Below, piece after piece: positions 25,892-40,674 of a stretch of 64,000 nt of DNA. Made by a program: the position numbers and the translations under genes. The notes beneath the pieces are model-generated. The model saw only the letters and a list, made by a program, of their open reading frames with translations. It made no database searches and was not told the origin of the DNA. Every line of letters begins with the position of its first letter. The stretch's first letter is position 1. This DNA is from Eledone cirrhosa (Eukaryota): NCBI GenBank assembly GCA_964016885.1, contig OZ024753.1, positions 124,001 through 188,000 of the forward strand, written 5' to 3'.

Positions 25892-27667
25892 TAGTTGTTG
25901 AAGAAGAAACAGGGAGACAACAACTGGAATGTATACAAAACAACTAAATCTCTTAAATAACTTCACTTATATCCAAAATATGATTTGTATATACATCAAC
26001 AGTGACTCATTATTATACGCCAGTCACGACCCCACTGCAAAAACGATATCTATATAACAACCCCACCGTAAAACTACTCTTCCCCACTTTACAAACACTT
26101 TATATTATTTGTCATTAAGGTTTCTTAAAATAAATATATATACGTATGTGTAGTAATTAGTACGGAGACTGAGAGAGAAGGGGCGAGTGTGTCTTCATGG
26201 AGGGCACATGGGACCAGCAAAGCCCTAAAAGTAGAGACCAGTAAATGAGATAAGGTCCTAGCTATGTTAAGAATATAAATAAGAAACATGTTCTATACAT
26301 TTAAGAAGACAAGAGAAACATGTTCTAAACATTTAAGAAATAATTATTTACCTCTTTCATGTCGGTAATATAGCGGTGTTATAAAACTAATTATAACGAC
26401 CGGTGTTAAAATAGAGAGAGATAGACAGATAAATGTGTGTCACACTCTCACCCTCTCTTTAAATCTTTTACACTATCTTTACATCTTTTACTCTATCTCC
26501 CTCTTATTTCTATCTGTGTACATATATATGTGTATGTATGTATCTGTTTATGTGTAACTCGGTGTACTGGAGCAATATGAGGTGAAATGTCTTGCTGAAG
26601 AAGACATTTTGTGGAGTTATATCATCGTTTCTTGTTATAAAGCTACTTATACTACCGGCGTAACAGTGGCTATAGGTGATAGATGTAGAAATAAAAGGCT
26701 GTAACAGCGATATAAATATAGATGAAATAGTTTACCACGAGACTAAGAATGAATGTTTAATGGAATTAAGTGTAATCTAATAGGAAATAAGAGGCTAGAG
26801 CAGCGAAATGTTTACGTAAAATAAAAGAACAACAAACAAAAGTGCAACATTGAAATTTTTGTTTTATTTTATCGATATAAGCGTTATTTTATGCGCGATT
26901 TGCCTTGCTGCCGGCGTTGCTCAGTCAGTAGCAGCCCCGCTTACGAAGTTCAGGAGCCAACGACTTTACATGGTTCGAATCTCACCCTCTCCGCTCTTGT
27001 CGAGTTATCTCCTACTCGTTTTACTTAGTTCCAGGTCATTTAAATAGAGCAAAGAGGTCGCGGCGATCGGCATATGCACTGGCTACAATGTTGAACTTTG
27101 GTACTGACTGCATAGTTGAACGTTCCACATACCAACCGCCCAACTGGCCAGTCAACCGCAAATACGGCTGGCTGGCCGGTTGGGTAGTTGGCATATGTAC
27201 TGACTGTCAAGTTGAACGTTCTAACCCTCTCTTTACATCTATTGCTCTATCTACCGCTTATTTCTCTCCCTCTCTTTACTTCTATAACTCTATCTCCCAC
27301 TCTCTTTACATCTATTACACAGTGTCTCCCTGTATATATACACGTATATATGCACTAGATTTTATAAGAAATCTACGTAATAATATAATTAACAATAGTT
27401 GATGAATTAGACCAGAGTTAATTAAACAATAAATATGAATGAAATAGCAGTAGATGGCGAAACTTGAGTGTTGTGTGTGCATACATATATATGAGGTAAA
27501 CTGGTTCAAATACTGTCAGGATTATATTGGATCAAAGACTGTATTAAATAGAAAGTAAAAAATGAAGTGAAAATATAAAAACAAACTGAAAATTTCCCCA
27601 TCCCTAGAAAAATTCATATCTTGTTATATATAGATAATTGGCGCTTTAAATTGAATAAATATTCATT

Positions 27668-27702
<35 letters not shown>

Positions 27703-29260
27703 GTACACTGATATATATGTGTGTGTATATATATATATATATGTATGTGTATATGTGTACATATGTATGTGTATATATATACTAATATATATATATATAT
27801 ATCAACTTCATCATACGTCCGCTTTTCCATGCTTGCAAGGGTGGGGTGGGAGCTGATTCTGGATTGGTTTCTACAGCTGGGTGCCCTTCCTGACGCCAAC
27901 CCAGTTTGCAGTGAGTGCTGGGTGCTTTTCTTTTTTACGTGGCACCTCCACGTCAGCTTTACAGAGCGGGCTGGGTGCTTTTTTGCCGTGGCGCCTCCAC
28001 GACCACTTTACGGTGGGGTGGTGGGGTGGTATGTGTATACCCAGCCCATTGTCATTTCCCACCCAGAAAAGTTCATAGCACCGTTCTTTACCCACGATGA
28101 ATCTAGCAGACCCACCCCTCCACCTGGTCTCTTGAATACAACAGTGGTTTCACTAAAATAAAAATTAAATTAAATTAAATTAAATTAATTATATTAGATA
28201 AATAGACATTGGGGTTCTCACCAAAGATTTTCAGTTATTTCTAAGAGATGTAAAAGGAAAATTTAAAAAAGATTAATAGGACACATTAGACATGTCTCCA
28301 AGCAAGAATTGAACTTACAGACAAGGATCTCACCATCTCTGGTACTTCCCACTAAGCCACCAAGACTGCTACAAAGGTCTATTGAAAATTAATATTTATA
28401 AACCTACTTTCAAAATATAACTAATTTAATTAAAAATAAAATAAAATAAATAGACATTGGCGTTCTCACAAAACTTTTTCAGTTCTTTTTTCTAAGAAAT
28501 GTCAAAGGAATATATATATATATATATTTTATTTTTAATTTTATTTTGAAAGTAGGTTTATAAATATTAAATTTCAGTACATCTTTGTATCAGTCTCGGT
28601 AGCTTAGTGGGAAGTACCAGAGATGGTGAGATCCTGTTCTGGGTGTTCAATCCTGGTCTGAGGGTTGAATTGGGGACTCAGGTTCAATCCTGGTCCATGA
28701 GATACATGTAAGGTGTCATGTTAATCTTTTATAATTTTCTTTCTATATCTCTTTGAAAAAGAGAACCCCTATTTATTTAATTATATTGAATTTAATTTTT
28801 TATTTTAGTTAAATTGTCGAAAACACTGAAGATCTAAAGGTTGAGGAGACAATATGTCTATTTTATCTGTCTCCTCTAACTTTAGATCACCAGTGGTTTT
28901 GACAATTTAACTAAAGTAAAATAAAATAAATTAAATTATATTAGATAAATAGACATTGGGGTTCTCACCAAAGATTTTCAGTTTTTTCTGAGGAAAATTT
29001 AAAAAAAGATTAACAGGACACATTACAGCAATGATTGAACTCCCAGACCAGGATTGAACCTACAGACAAGGACCTCACCATCTCTGGTACTTCCCACTAA
29101 GCCGCCAAGACTGCTACAAAGGTCTGCTGATAATTAATATTTATAAACCTAATTTCAAAATAAAATTAATGTTATTAATTTTATTTAAAAATAAAATAAA
29201 ATAAATAAACATTGGGGTTCTCACAAAACTTTTTCATTTTTTTTCTAAGAAATGTCAAAG

Positions 29261-29292
<32 letters not shown>

Positions 29293-29296
<4 letters not shown>

Positions 29297-31219
29297 TCAT
29301 CATCATCATCATCGTTTAACGTCCATATTCCACGCTTGCATGGGTTTGGACGGGAATTTTCCCACTTGAGGCAAGAGTGGTTGTCTTGCTCGCATAGGAC
29401 TGTCTGGCGGGTTTTCTACAGCTGGATGCCCTTCCTAACACCAACCGCATTTACAGTGTGGGACTGAGAGGTTTTTACCGTGTTACCTACACGGCCACAT
29501 TACTGCGTGGACTGTGTTTTTTTTTTTTATCGTGACACCTACACGACCTCATTTGTTTCGGCCTGGATGTTGTGGCACCAACATAACTTTACATTGAAAG
29601 GGGCGGTGTGGATGGGGTGGGGGTGTATTTTGTTAGAGGTGCCTACTGACTGTAGTAGGTTTTACTTTGTATCTAGGTAAGGCGGGTCTTCTCTATTACT
29701 GAGTACCGCCAAAGATCTCGGTCCAGTGACATTGTCTTGGAGAGGTGTAAGTGTGTGAGGTCGGAATTTATCAAGTCGTCCCAGGTTTTTCTGGGTCTGC
29801 CTACTCCGTGGCTACCGTCTATCTTTATTGCCCTGCATTTTTTTTATACAGCTGTCGTCTTTCATCCGCATCACGTGGACCATACCAACGTAGTCTTCTC
29901 TCGAGTACACAACATCTGATCCCTCTTATTTCTAATTTTTCCCTTAGTTCGTTTATGCTTTGCCGTTCACATATATTACTATTACACATCCAGCGAAGCA
30001 TGCAAGCTTCGTTCCTCTCTAGTCTGCGTATATCCTCTGCACACAATGCCCAGGTCTCACTGCCATGCAACATTGCTGTTCATATGCAGGCATCATACAA
30101 CCTGCCTTTCATTTTTAGGGAGAACCCTTTAGCGGCTAATAGTGGTATAAGCTCTCTGAACTTTTTCCATCCAGTTCTGACTCTAGCTACTGTACTTTCA
30201 GAGCACCCTCCCCCACTGCTGATTTTGTCACCCAGGTAACGGAAGCTGTCCACTATTTCTATAGAACCCTCTGCGCAATTGAAAGAGCTAGTATTTTGTG
30301 GGCACTTGCTGCTACTTATTGCACCAGAGCACCGGCCACATGTAAAATCTATGTTCTTAGTTAGCTTACCTGTGATCCCACTACATCTTTTATGAACCCA
30401 TACTTTGCATTTGGGACATAAAATGGAGTTTCTACCTACGCCTTTCCTACACACTGAGCATGGCCATTTCCCGGAAGGGACCGGCGCCTTATTTTCTTTC
30501 CTACAAACTAGAACTTTAGTCTTAGCCAGGTTAATTTTAAGGCCTTCTGATTCTAGGCCTTGCTTCCATGTTTGGAATTTCTTCTCTAGCTCGGCCATTG
30601 ATTCAGCTATGAGCGTTAGATCATCTGCGTATAGGAGTTCCCATGGGCAGCCGGTCTTGAACTCCACTGTTATAGCCTGAAGGGCAATAATAAATAGTAG
30701 GGGGCTAAGGACGGAGCCCTGATGAACACCAACTTTTACGCTAAACTCTTCACTATATTCGTTGTTAATTCTAACCTTGCTGACTGTTTCTTTATACATG
30801 GCTCGTATAGCTCTCACAAGCCATTCCTCAACACCTAGTTTTCTAAGAGCCCACCAGATAATGGAACGGGGGACTCTGTCGAAGGCTTTCTCCAAGTCAA
30901 CAAAAGCTAAGTATAGGGGTTTACTTTTAACTAGGTACTTCTCCTGTAGTTGTCGTACAATGAAAAGAGCGTCTGTGGTACTTTTACCTGACACAAACCC
31001 GAACTGCATTTCATCTAGATCAATTCTCTCTCTGATTAGTTGCGCTATTACTTTTTCCGTGACCTTCATGACCTGGTCGATTAATTTAATGCCTCTATAG
31101 TTACTCCTATCTAGGGCATCTCCTTTACCCTTGTAACAGTTAATGATGATGCTGCTACGCCAGTCCTTCAGAACAACCCCATTCTGTATGACTTGGTTTA
31201 CTATCCGGGTGACCATTAC
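29293..31219 (-). mobile_element. 5'-truncated RTE-clade LINE, second array copy
   Basis: ORF 30080-31336 translation is identical to 14404-15660. Confidence 0.93.
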
Positions 31220-33718
31220 GTGTATACATCTGAAAATGTATATATGTATGCAAAGATATAAGTAAACATACATGTATACATATAGATGGACAGTTATGCA
31301 TATACAATAACTTATTTCTATACATACATATACCACAAGTAAGGCATGGTGCTGCCAACTAACCAGACCTCCCTCATAATGGACCAGCTAGATCCCAAAA
31401 TACAGGCCTGCTTGCCAACACACAGTCCCAATAAGTGTAAGTTACAGCGCAGCTATCTGGACAGACTTGTCTTAAGACTACACACTATCCCACTACATCT
31501 TTTGTATACTATATATATACTGTTTATATATATATATACTATATATATATATACTGTTTATATATATATATACTATATATATATATACTGTTTATATATA
31601 TATACACACATATAATTGTGTATTCACACATTATCTTAGTAATGAAATAATTAATAATTTTAGTAAATTGTTCAAAATTCTTCATTAACCCTTTTGGTAG
31701 AAACCCAGCCAAAATTAGTTCTCGTACTATGGAAATGGTTCCTATCTAAATTAAAGTCTTCCAACAAAATTCTATATAACAACCATATGGTAAGTTACTA
31801 TGTTAGTAATTAACTAACAATTGTGATAAATAGCTCAAAATTATTCATAATTAATTGAATTATAAGGTTCATAATTATAATAAAATCTTCAAATAGGCTA
31901 CGAAACCGGTAAACCTGAAAGGTACACAACACACACACATTGCTATAGCGTTTCACCAGCCCCTTCCTTCCTGAATTATTACAGAGATGTGTGTGTATGT
32001 AATAATTATTTGTATAATGTGTGTCTATTTATGAATATGTATGAGTAGATGTGTGTGTGTGTATCACAGTAGATGTGTATGTAACACAGTAGATGTGTAT
32101 ATGTAACAGAGTAGATGTGTGTTTGCATGTAACTCAGTATATGTGTATGTAACTCAGTAGATGTGTGTGTGTAACACGGTAGATGTGTGTGTGTAACACG
32201 GTAGATGTGTGTGTGTAGCACGGTAGATGTGTGTATGTAACAGTAGATGTGTATGTATGTAACACAGTAGATGTGTATGTATATAACACAGTAGATGTGT
32301 GTATGTAACACAGTACATGTGTGTGTATGTAACTCAGTAGATGTGTGTGTATGTAACTCAGTAGATGTGTGTATGTAACACAGTAGATTGTGTGTATGTA
32401 ACATAGAAGATGTGTGTAACACAGTAGATGTGTGTGTATGTAACACAGTAGATGTGTGTGTATGTAACACAGTAGATCTGTGTGTATGTAACTCAGTAGA
32501 TGTGTGTGTATGTAACACAGGTGTGTGTATGTAACACAGTAGATGTGTGTATGTAACATAGTAGATGTGTGTATGTAACACAGAAGATGTGTGTGTATGT
32601 AACACAGTAGATGTGTGTGTATGTAACTCAGTAGATGTGTGTGTATGTAACACAGTAGATGTGTGTGTAACACAGTAGATGTGTATGTAACGCAGTAGAT
32701 GTGTGTGTATATAACCCAGTTGATGTGTGTGTATGTAACACAGTAGATGTGTGTATGTAACATAGTATATGTGTATGTAACTAAAGTGTAACGTACGTTA
32801 CAAATGGACGACAAAATGATTTTAACTTGTTTTTTAACAATTGATGGTGGAAAAGATTTTAAATTGTCTTAACTCAGACCATAAAGGGCCGCAACACATG
32901 GAGTCTGACACTCTTACCGGCTACATAGCCTGGGCGTCTATTTTACCGCGACCGGCTACATAGCATCTTCCTAAAATCTTCCAACATAATTTTATACAAG
33001 AACCACATGTTAAGTTACTAATAAAATAATTAATAAATAAAAACATTAGTAAGTCCTTCAAATGATATCTCAGTAATGAAATAATTAATAATTGTTATAA
33101 ATACCTCAAAATTCCTCATTAATTAAACCTCATTAATTAATTAAGCCGCTGAAAAGTGCAACAGATGCCCTCTTCTTAGTGAGACAACTACAAAAGAGGT
33201 TCTTAGAGAAAAATAAGCCACTATACTTAGCTTTGGACATAGAGAAGGCTTTTGATAGAGAACTCTTATAAATGACAACATATATATATGTGTGTGTATA
33301 TATATGTTTTTTTTAAAACTATATATTTATTACTCCCTTAAGCAGAAGAAATATATTCCCAGATATCGAAGATTACCACAATAACTAGGGAGCGGAAATC
33401 AATAGATGCTGGACATTGCTGCTGAGGGTAGGATGACCTGATGAGCTGGCTCCTGTGGTGGATACCTAAACATAGTAAGAGCCAAGTGGGATGACTGAGG
33501 TTCACCTACATACATCAGATGTCTCTGGATCTCCAGCTGGAGATTAATGATCTCAGGAATGCCATGAAAAATCGTGACATCTAAAAAAGAAGAGTAGAAT
33601 TGTTCTGGCCAATCCACCTGACCTAATAAACAATAATAATATTAATATATATTGATGAAAATTAATTATGGTGAAATATCTTAGAAATCATTCTCAGAGG
33701 TTTTGTATTGTAATCCAC

Positions 33719-35689
33719 ACTTGCTCCTTGTGGCTTCTGATGCAGACATCATGTCCGCCATCAGGTCCTTCCCAGCTAGCAGCTGCGGAGATGTTGATGG
33801 TCTCTGACCAGGCCTCCTCAAGGAGTTGATATCTCCCCTCTCCGCTGAGGCCGGGCGCCGCCTTCTGAGTGCAATTGTGGCGCTCACCAATAGGCTCATC
33901 CATGGCGCCCTGGACTCTTATGCTCGAGGCCTCTTTTTTTCGGCCAGCCTCACCGCTCTCAGGAAGAAAGAGGATGGCATACGCCCCATTGCTGTGGGCA
34001 ATGTCTTCCGGAGGCTGGCTGCCAAGGTAATCTGCAAGTCCGTAACACTCGGAACCGGCATCCAGGGCCTCCAGCCACCTCATTGTCAAGTTTGACATGA
34101 GGAATGCCTTCAACTCTTTACGCTGGGATCATCTGCTCGAGGCCTGCCTCAGCCGAGCCCCCTCTGCCTACCTGTCATATGGAGCCCCAAGCATGCGCCA
34201 TGCTGCTGATACGGTCATACCCTTGGCTACTGGGATCCAACAGGGCAACCCTTTGGGACCCCTCCTGTTCACCCTTGGTATTGACCACATCGCCTGGAGT
34301 ATAACGGCCCCTCTCAACGTTTGGTATCTGGATGATGCTACTTTGGGTGGGCCCGTACAGGCGGTCTGCCATGACCTTCAATCGGTGGTTCCTGCCCTGG
34401 CGGGAATCGACCTCCAGGTCAACTCAGCCAAGTCGGAGGTGGTGAATGTCAGCCTCGATGCTGCAAGCTTTGCAGTCTCCGTCTTGGACGTGCGGTCCAT
34501 TCTCCGCCAGGTTCAGGTGACCCCCCAAAGAGGATGCCCTCACCGATCCACCCGCCGGCCATCCGCTCCTCCATCAAGTCCAGACTCTCACGAGCCGACT
34601 GGGCTTGATTGATGGCCACCCAGTTCTCTTTCTGCTGAGGAACTGCTACGCCATGCCGAAGCTCCTCTATACACTCTGTGCTACACCTAAACTTGTATCC
34701 GAGCAGCAGCCGATGAGATATGCAACTTTACCTGTCAGGTATGGCGGCCTTCGCCTCCAGTCCCCGATCTCACTAGCTTTGCCGGCATATCTTTCGTCGG
34801 TAACCTCGTACCACGTCCTCTTCAGCAGGGTTCTTCAAAACACAACAGAACCCTCTGTGTTCAGAGAACGCGTGGCCGCCTGTGAGACGTGGCACCGGCT
34901 GGGACTTAGCCCAGTAGACGTTCCTCCTCCTTCTCCCCCTGTTGACGTCAAGTCCCCCCCAACACACTTGGGATGCCATCCAGTGCAGCCTGGCCTCAGA
35001 CAGGCTCACGTGCCAGCTCGACCAGCACCGCCTTGTTTGTTTTCGTGCAGCCTCCAAACCCCACAGTGGGGCCTGGCTCCATGCCCTGCCCTCCTTCTCC
35101 ACTCGCACGCAGCTAGACAACAATAGCTTGCGCATCGGCGTTTCCCTGAGGCTCGGCCTCACACCAATGTCGCTGCCGTTCCACCATGGACTCTTTCGGC
35201 CTCCACCCGCAATCCACGCCATGCTGCCCTCAACGAAGTCATTAAGCATGGCTTGGACGCTGCAGGCTTCCCTTCCCAGCTCGAGGGGACGGCAAAAGGC
35301 TAGATGGCATGACCATCTTCCCGTTCCGCGGTGGCAAACCCCTCGTCTGGGATGCCACTTGCACCGACACTTTCTGCAGCCGCAACCTGGTGCAGTCTGC
35401 GACTGGCCCAGGTTCTGCTGCACGTCAGGCTGAGGGGGCCAAACTCCTCACATATCGTTCACTCTCCGACAGGTTTGCGGTCGTACCCCTGGAAGTGGAG
35501 ACTTCTGGTGTCCTCGGCCCCAGGGCTACCTCCTTACTCACCACCATAGGCGCTGAGCTGGCCAGCCGCAGGTGTGAGCCCCGCGAGTTGGAGTGGCTTT
35601 TCCAGCGCGTCTCCCTTGCCGTGCTCCGGGGAAACGCCTTCTCCATTCTGTCCGCCGGGGCTGTGGGTGGGTCCCATCGCGTACCGTTA
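33719..35689 (+). mobile_element. CRE-clade retrotransposon relic, type A copy 3
   Basis: Near-identical to 18017-19987. Confidence 0.9.
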
Positions 35690-37468
35690 TGAATGTATAC
35701 AAAACAACTAAATCTCTTAAATAACTTCACTTATATCCAAAACATGATTTGTATATACATCAACAGTGACTCATTATTATACGCCAGTCACGACCCCACT
35801 GCAAAAACGATATCTATATAACAACCCCACCGTAAAACTACTCTTCCCCACTTTACAAACACTTTATATTATTTGTCATTAAGGTTTCTTAAAATAAATA
35901 TATATCCGTATGTGTAGTAATTAGTACGGAGACTGAGAGAGAAGGGGCGAGTGTGTCTTCATGGAGGGCACATGGGACCAGCAAAGCCCTAAAAGTAGAG
36001 ACCAGTAAATGAGATAAGGTCCTAGCTATGTTAAGAATATAAATAAGAAACATGTTCTATACATTTAAGAAGACAAGAGAAACATGTTCTAAACATTTAA
36101 GAAATAATTATTTACCTCTTTCATGTCGGTAATATAGCGGTGTTATAAAACTAATTATAACGACCGGTGTTAAAATAGAGAGAGATAGACAGATAAATGT
36201 GTGTCACACTCTCACCCTCTCTTTAAATCTTTTACACTATCTAACTCGTACTTCTCACACTCTCTTTAAATCTTTTACTCTATCTACCTCTCATTTCTAT
36301 CTGTGTATGTATGTATGTATCTGTCTATGTGTAACTCGGTGTACTGGAGCAATATGAAGTGAAGTGTCTTGCTGAAGAAGACATTTTGTGGAGTTATATC
36401 ATCGTTTCTTGTTATAAAGCTACTTATACTACCGGCGTAACAGTGGCTATAGGTGATAGATGTAGAAATAAAAGGCTGTAACAGCGATATAAATATAGAT
36501 GAAATAGTTTACCACGAGACTAAGAATGAATGTTTAATGGAATTAAGTGTAATCTAATAGGAAATAAGAGGCTAGAGCAGCGAAATGTTTACGTAAAATA
36601 AAAGAACAACAAACAAGAGTGCAACATTGAAATTTTTTTTTTTTTTTTTGTCGATATAAGCGTTACTTTATGCGCGATTTGCCTTGCTGCCGGCGTTGAT
36701 CAGTCAGTAGCAGCCCCGCTTACGAACTTCAGGAGCCAACGACTTTACATGGTTCGAATCTCACCCTCTCCGCTCTTGTCGAGTTATCTCCTACTCTTTT
36801 TACTTAGTTCCAGGTCATTAAAATAGAGCAAAGAGGGCGCGGCGATCGGCATATGCACTGGCTACAATGTTGAACTTTGGTACTGACTGCGTAGTTGAAC
36901 GTTCCACATACCAACCGCCAAACTGGCCAGTCAACCGCATATGCGGCTGGCTGGCCGGTTGGGTAGTTGGCATATGTACTGGTTACCATGCTGAACATTG
37001 TACTGACTGTCAAGTTGAACGTTCTAACCCTCTCTTTACATCTATTACTCTATCTACCGCTTATTTCTCCCCCTCTCTTTACTTCTATAACTCTATCTCC
37101 CACTCTCTTTACATCTATTTCAGTGTCTCCCTGTATATATACACGTATATATGCACTAGATTTTATAAGAAATCTACGTAATAATATAATTAACAATAGT
37201 TGATGAATTAGACCAGAGTTAATTAAACAATAAATATGAATGAAATAGCAGTAGATGGCGAAACTTGAGTGTTGTGTGTGCATACATATATATGAGGTAA
37301 ACTGGTTCAAATACTGTCAGGATTATATTGGATCAAAGACTGTATTAAATAGAAAGTAAAAAATGAAGTGAAAATATAAAAACAAACTGAAAATTTCCCC
37401 ATCCCTAGAAAAATTCATATCTTGTTATATATAGATAATTGGCGCTTTAAATTGAATAAATATTCATT

Positions 37469-37499
<31 letters not shown>

Positions 37500-39587
37500 G
37501 TACACTGATATATATGTGTGTATATATATATGTGTATATATATACTAATATATATATATATACTAATATATATATATATATATATATATCAACTTCATCA
37601 TACGTCCGCTTTTCCATGCTTGCAAGGGTGGGGTGGGAGCTGATTCTGGATTGGTTTCTACAGCTGGGTGCCCTTCCTGACGCCAACCCCGTTTGCAGTG
37701 AGTGCTGGGTGCATTTTTTTTCCGTGGCACCTCCACGTCAGCTTTACAGTGTGGGCTGGGTGCTTTTTTGCCGCGGCGCCTCCACGACCACTTTGCGGTG
37801 GGGTGGTGGGGTGGTATGTGTATACCCAGCCCATTGTCATTTGCCACACAGAAAAGCTTATAGCATCGTTCTTTACCCACGATGAATCTAGCAGACCCAC
37901 CCCTCCACCTGGTCTCTTGAATACAACAAACATCGACCTCCTTACGTTCAAGCATTTCTACAACCTCGTTAGAGCCACCCTATAAGGTGCCTACATTAAT
38001 GGTACCAACTCTGAAGTTTTGGATTGCGTTTGGAGGTTGGGAGCGGTGGGGAGCGGGGATGGGGTTAGGGTTAGCCATCCGCGGCCGAAACAAAGAGGAG
38101 GAGCCCTTGCATTCTCGTCCATGAGGTGGATTTGTCTTTATGTATGTATATGTATATATGTATGTATGTGTGTGTATGTATGTATATGTATATATGAGTG
38201 TATATGTGTATATGTATGTATATGTATGTGTATGTATGTGTATATATGTGTATATGTATGTGTTTGTATATATGTGTGTGTATGTATATATGTGTGTGTA
38301 TGTATATATATATATGTATGTATGTGTATATGTATGTATATGTATGTATGTGTATATATGTATGTATATGTGTGTATGTATGTATATATGTATGTATGTG
38401 TATATATGTATGTATGTATATGTATATATACGTGTGTATATGTATATATACTTATGTGTATATGCTTATGTATGTGTATGTATGTATATATATGTATGTA
38501 TATGTGTGTGTATGTATGTATGTGTATATATGTATGTATGTATATATATATATGTATGTATATGTATGTGTATGTATATGTATATGTATATGTATATGGA
38601 GGCACATGGCTTAGTGGTTCGAGCATTGGCCTGGCAATCGAAAGGTTGTGAGTTCAATTCTCAGACCGGGTGATGTGTTGTTTCCTTGAGCAAGACACTT
38701 TATTTCACATTGCTCCAGTTTACTCAGCTGTAGAAATGAGATGATAGGGACTGGGGTCCATATCATTCCACTGCAAAGTGGTCGTGGAGGTGCCACGGCA
38801 AAAAAGCACTCAGCACTCACTGTAAATGAGGTTGGTGTTAGGAAGGGCATCCAGCTGTAGAAATCAAGCCAGAATCAGTTCCCGTCCCACCCTTGCAAGC
38901 AGGGAAAAAGCGGACTTAAAACGAAATGATGATGATGATGATGATGTATGTATGTATGTATGTGTATATGTATGTATGTATGTATATGTATGAGATGCAG
39001 TTTGGTTTTGTGCCGTTGAAAAGTGCAACAGATGCCCTCTTCTTAGTGAGACAACTACAAAAGAGGTTCTTAGAGAAAAATAAGCCACTATACTTAGCTT
39101 TGGACATAGAGAAGGCTTTTGATAGAGAACTCTTATAAATGACAACATATATATATATGTGTGTGTATATATATGTTTTTTTTAAAACTATATATTTATT
39201 ACTCCCTTAAGCAGAAGAAATATATTCCCAGATATCGAAGATTACCACAATAACTAGGGAGCGGAAGTCAATAGATGCTGGACATTGCTGCTGAGGGTAG
39301 GATGACCTGATGAGCTGGCTCCTGTGGTGGATACCTAAACATAGTAAGACCCAAGTGGGATGACTGAGGTTCACCTACATACATCAGATGTCTCTGGATC
39401 TCCAGCTGGAGATTAATGATCTCAGGAATGCCATGAAAAATCGTGACATCTAAAAAAGAAGAGTAGAATTGTTCTGGCCAATCCACCTGACCTAATAAAC
39501 AATAATAATATTAATATATATTGATGAAAATTAATTATGGTGAAATATCTTAGAAATCATTCTCAGAGGTTTTGTATTGTAATCCAC

Positions 39588-40670
39588 ACTTGCTCCTTGT
39601 GGCTTCTGATGCAGACATCATGTCCGCCATCAGGTCCTTCCCAGCTAGCAGCTGCGGAGCTGTTGATGGTCTCTGACCAGGCCTCCTCAAGGAGTTCATA
39701 TCTCCCCTCTCCGCTGAGGCCGGGCGCCGCCTTCTGAGTGCAATTGTGGCGCTCACCAATAGGCTCATCCATGGCGCCCTGGACTCTTATGCTCGAGGCC
39801 TCTTTTTTTCGGCCAGCCTCACCGCTCTCAGGAAGAAAGAGGATGGCATACGTCCCATTGCTGTGGGCAATGTCTTCCGGAGGCTGGCTGCCAAGGTAAT
39901 CTGCAAGTCCGTAACACTCGGAACCGGCATCCAGGGCCTCCAGCCACCTCATTGTCAAGTTTGACATGAGGAATGCCTTCAACTCTTTACGCTGGGATCA
40001 TCTGCTCGAGGCCTGCCTCAGCCTACCTGTCATATAGAGCCCCGAGCATGCGCCTTGCTGCTGATACGGTCACACCCTCGGCTACTGGGATCCAACAGGG
40101 CAACCCTTTGGGACCCCTCCTGTTCACCCTTGGTATTGACCACATCGCCCGGAGTATAACGGCTCCTCTCAACGTTTGGTATCTGGATGATGCTACTTTG
40201 GTGGGCCCATACGGACGGTATACCATGACCTTCAATCGGTAGTTCCTGCCCTGGCGGGAATCGGCCTCCAGGTCAACTCGGCCAAGTCGGAGGTGATGAA
40301 TGTCAGCCTCGATGCTGCAAGCTTTGCAGTCTCCGTCTTGGACGTGCAGTCCAATATCCGCCAGATTCAGGTGACCCCCAAAGAGGACGCCCTCACCGAT
40401 CCACCCGCCGGCCATCCGCTCCACCATCAGGTCCAATCTTCAAAAGCTCCAGACTCTCACGACCCTACTGGACTTGATTGATGGCCACCCAGTTCTCTTT
40501 CTGCTGAGGAACTGCTTCGCCATGCCGAAGCTCCTCTATACACTGTGCTACACCCAGACATCTCTCCTCGCTGAGCTCGATACTTGTATCCGAGCAGCAG
40601 CCGATGAGATATGCAACTTTACCTGTCAGGTATGGCGGCCTTCGCCTCCAGTCCCCGATCTCACTAGCTT
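39588..40670 (+). mobile_element. CRE-clade retrotransposon relic, divergent 3'-truncated sixth copy
   Basis: RT motifs present; it has extra segments absent from the A and B copies; ends after LPVRYGGLRLQSPISLA. Confidence 0.88.
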
Positions 40671-40674
40671 CAGT

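Larger units (their letters stand above)
15679..31354. repeat. ~15.7-kb tandem macro-unit, copy 2
   Basis: Colinear with 1-15678; many ORF translations are identical, and the differences are scattered SNPs and microsatellite/minisatellite lengths. Confidence 0.97.
31355..40670. repeat. ~15.7-kb tandem macro-unit, copy 3 (partial; array ends inside a CRE copy)
   Basis: Colinear with copies 1 and 2 up to ...TCACTAGCTT at 40670, then unrelated sequence. Confidence 0.95.
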
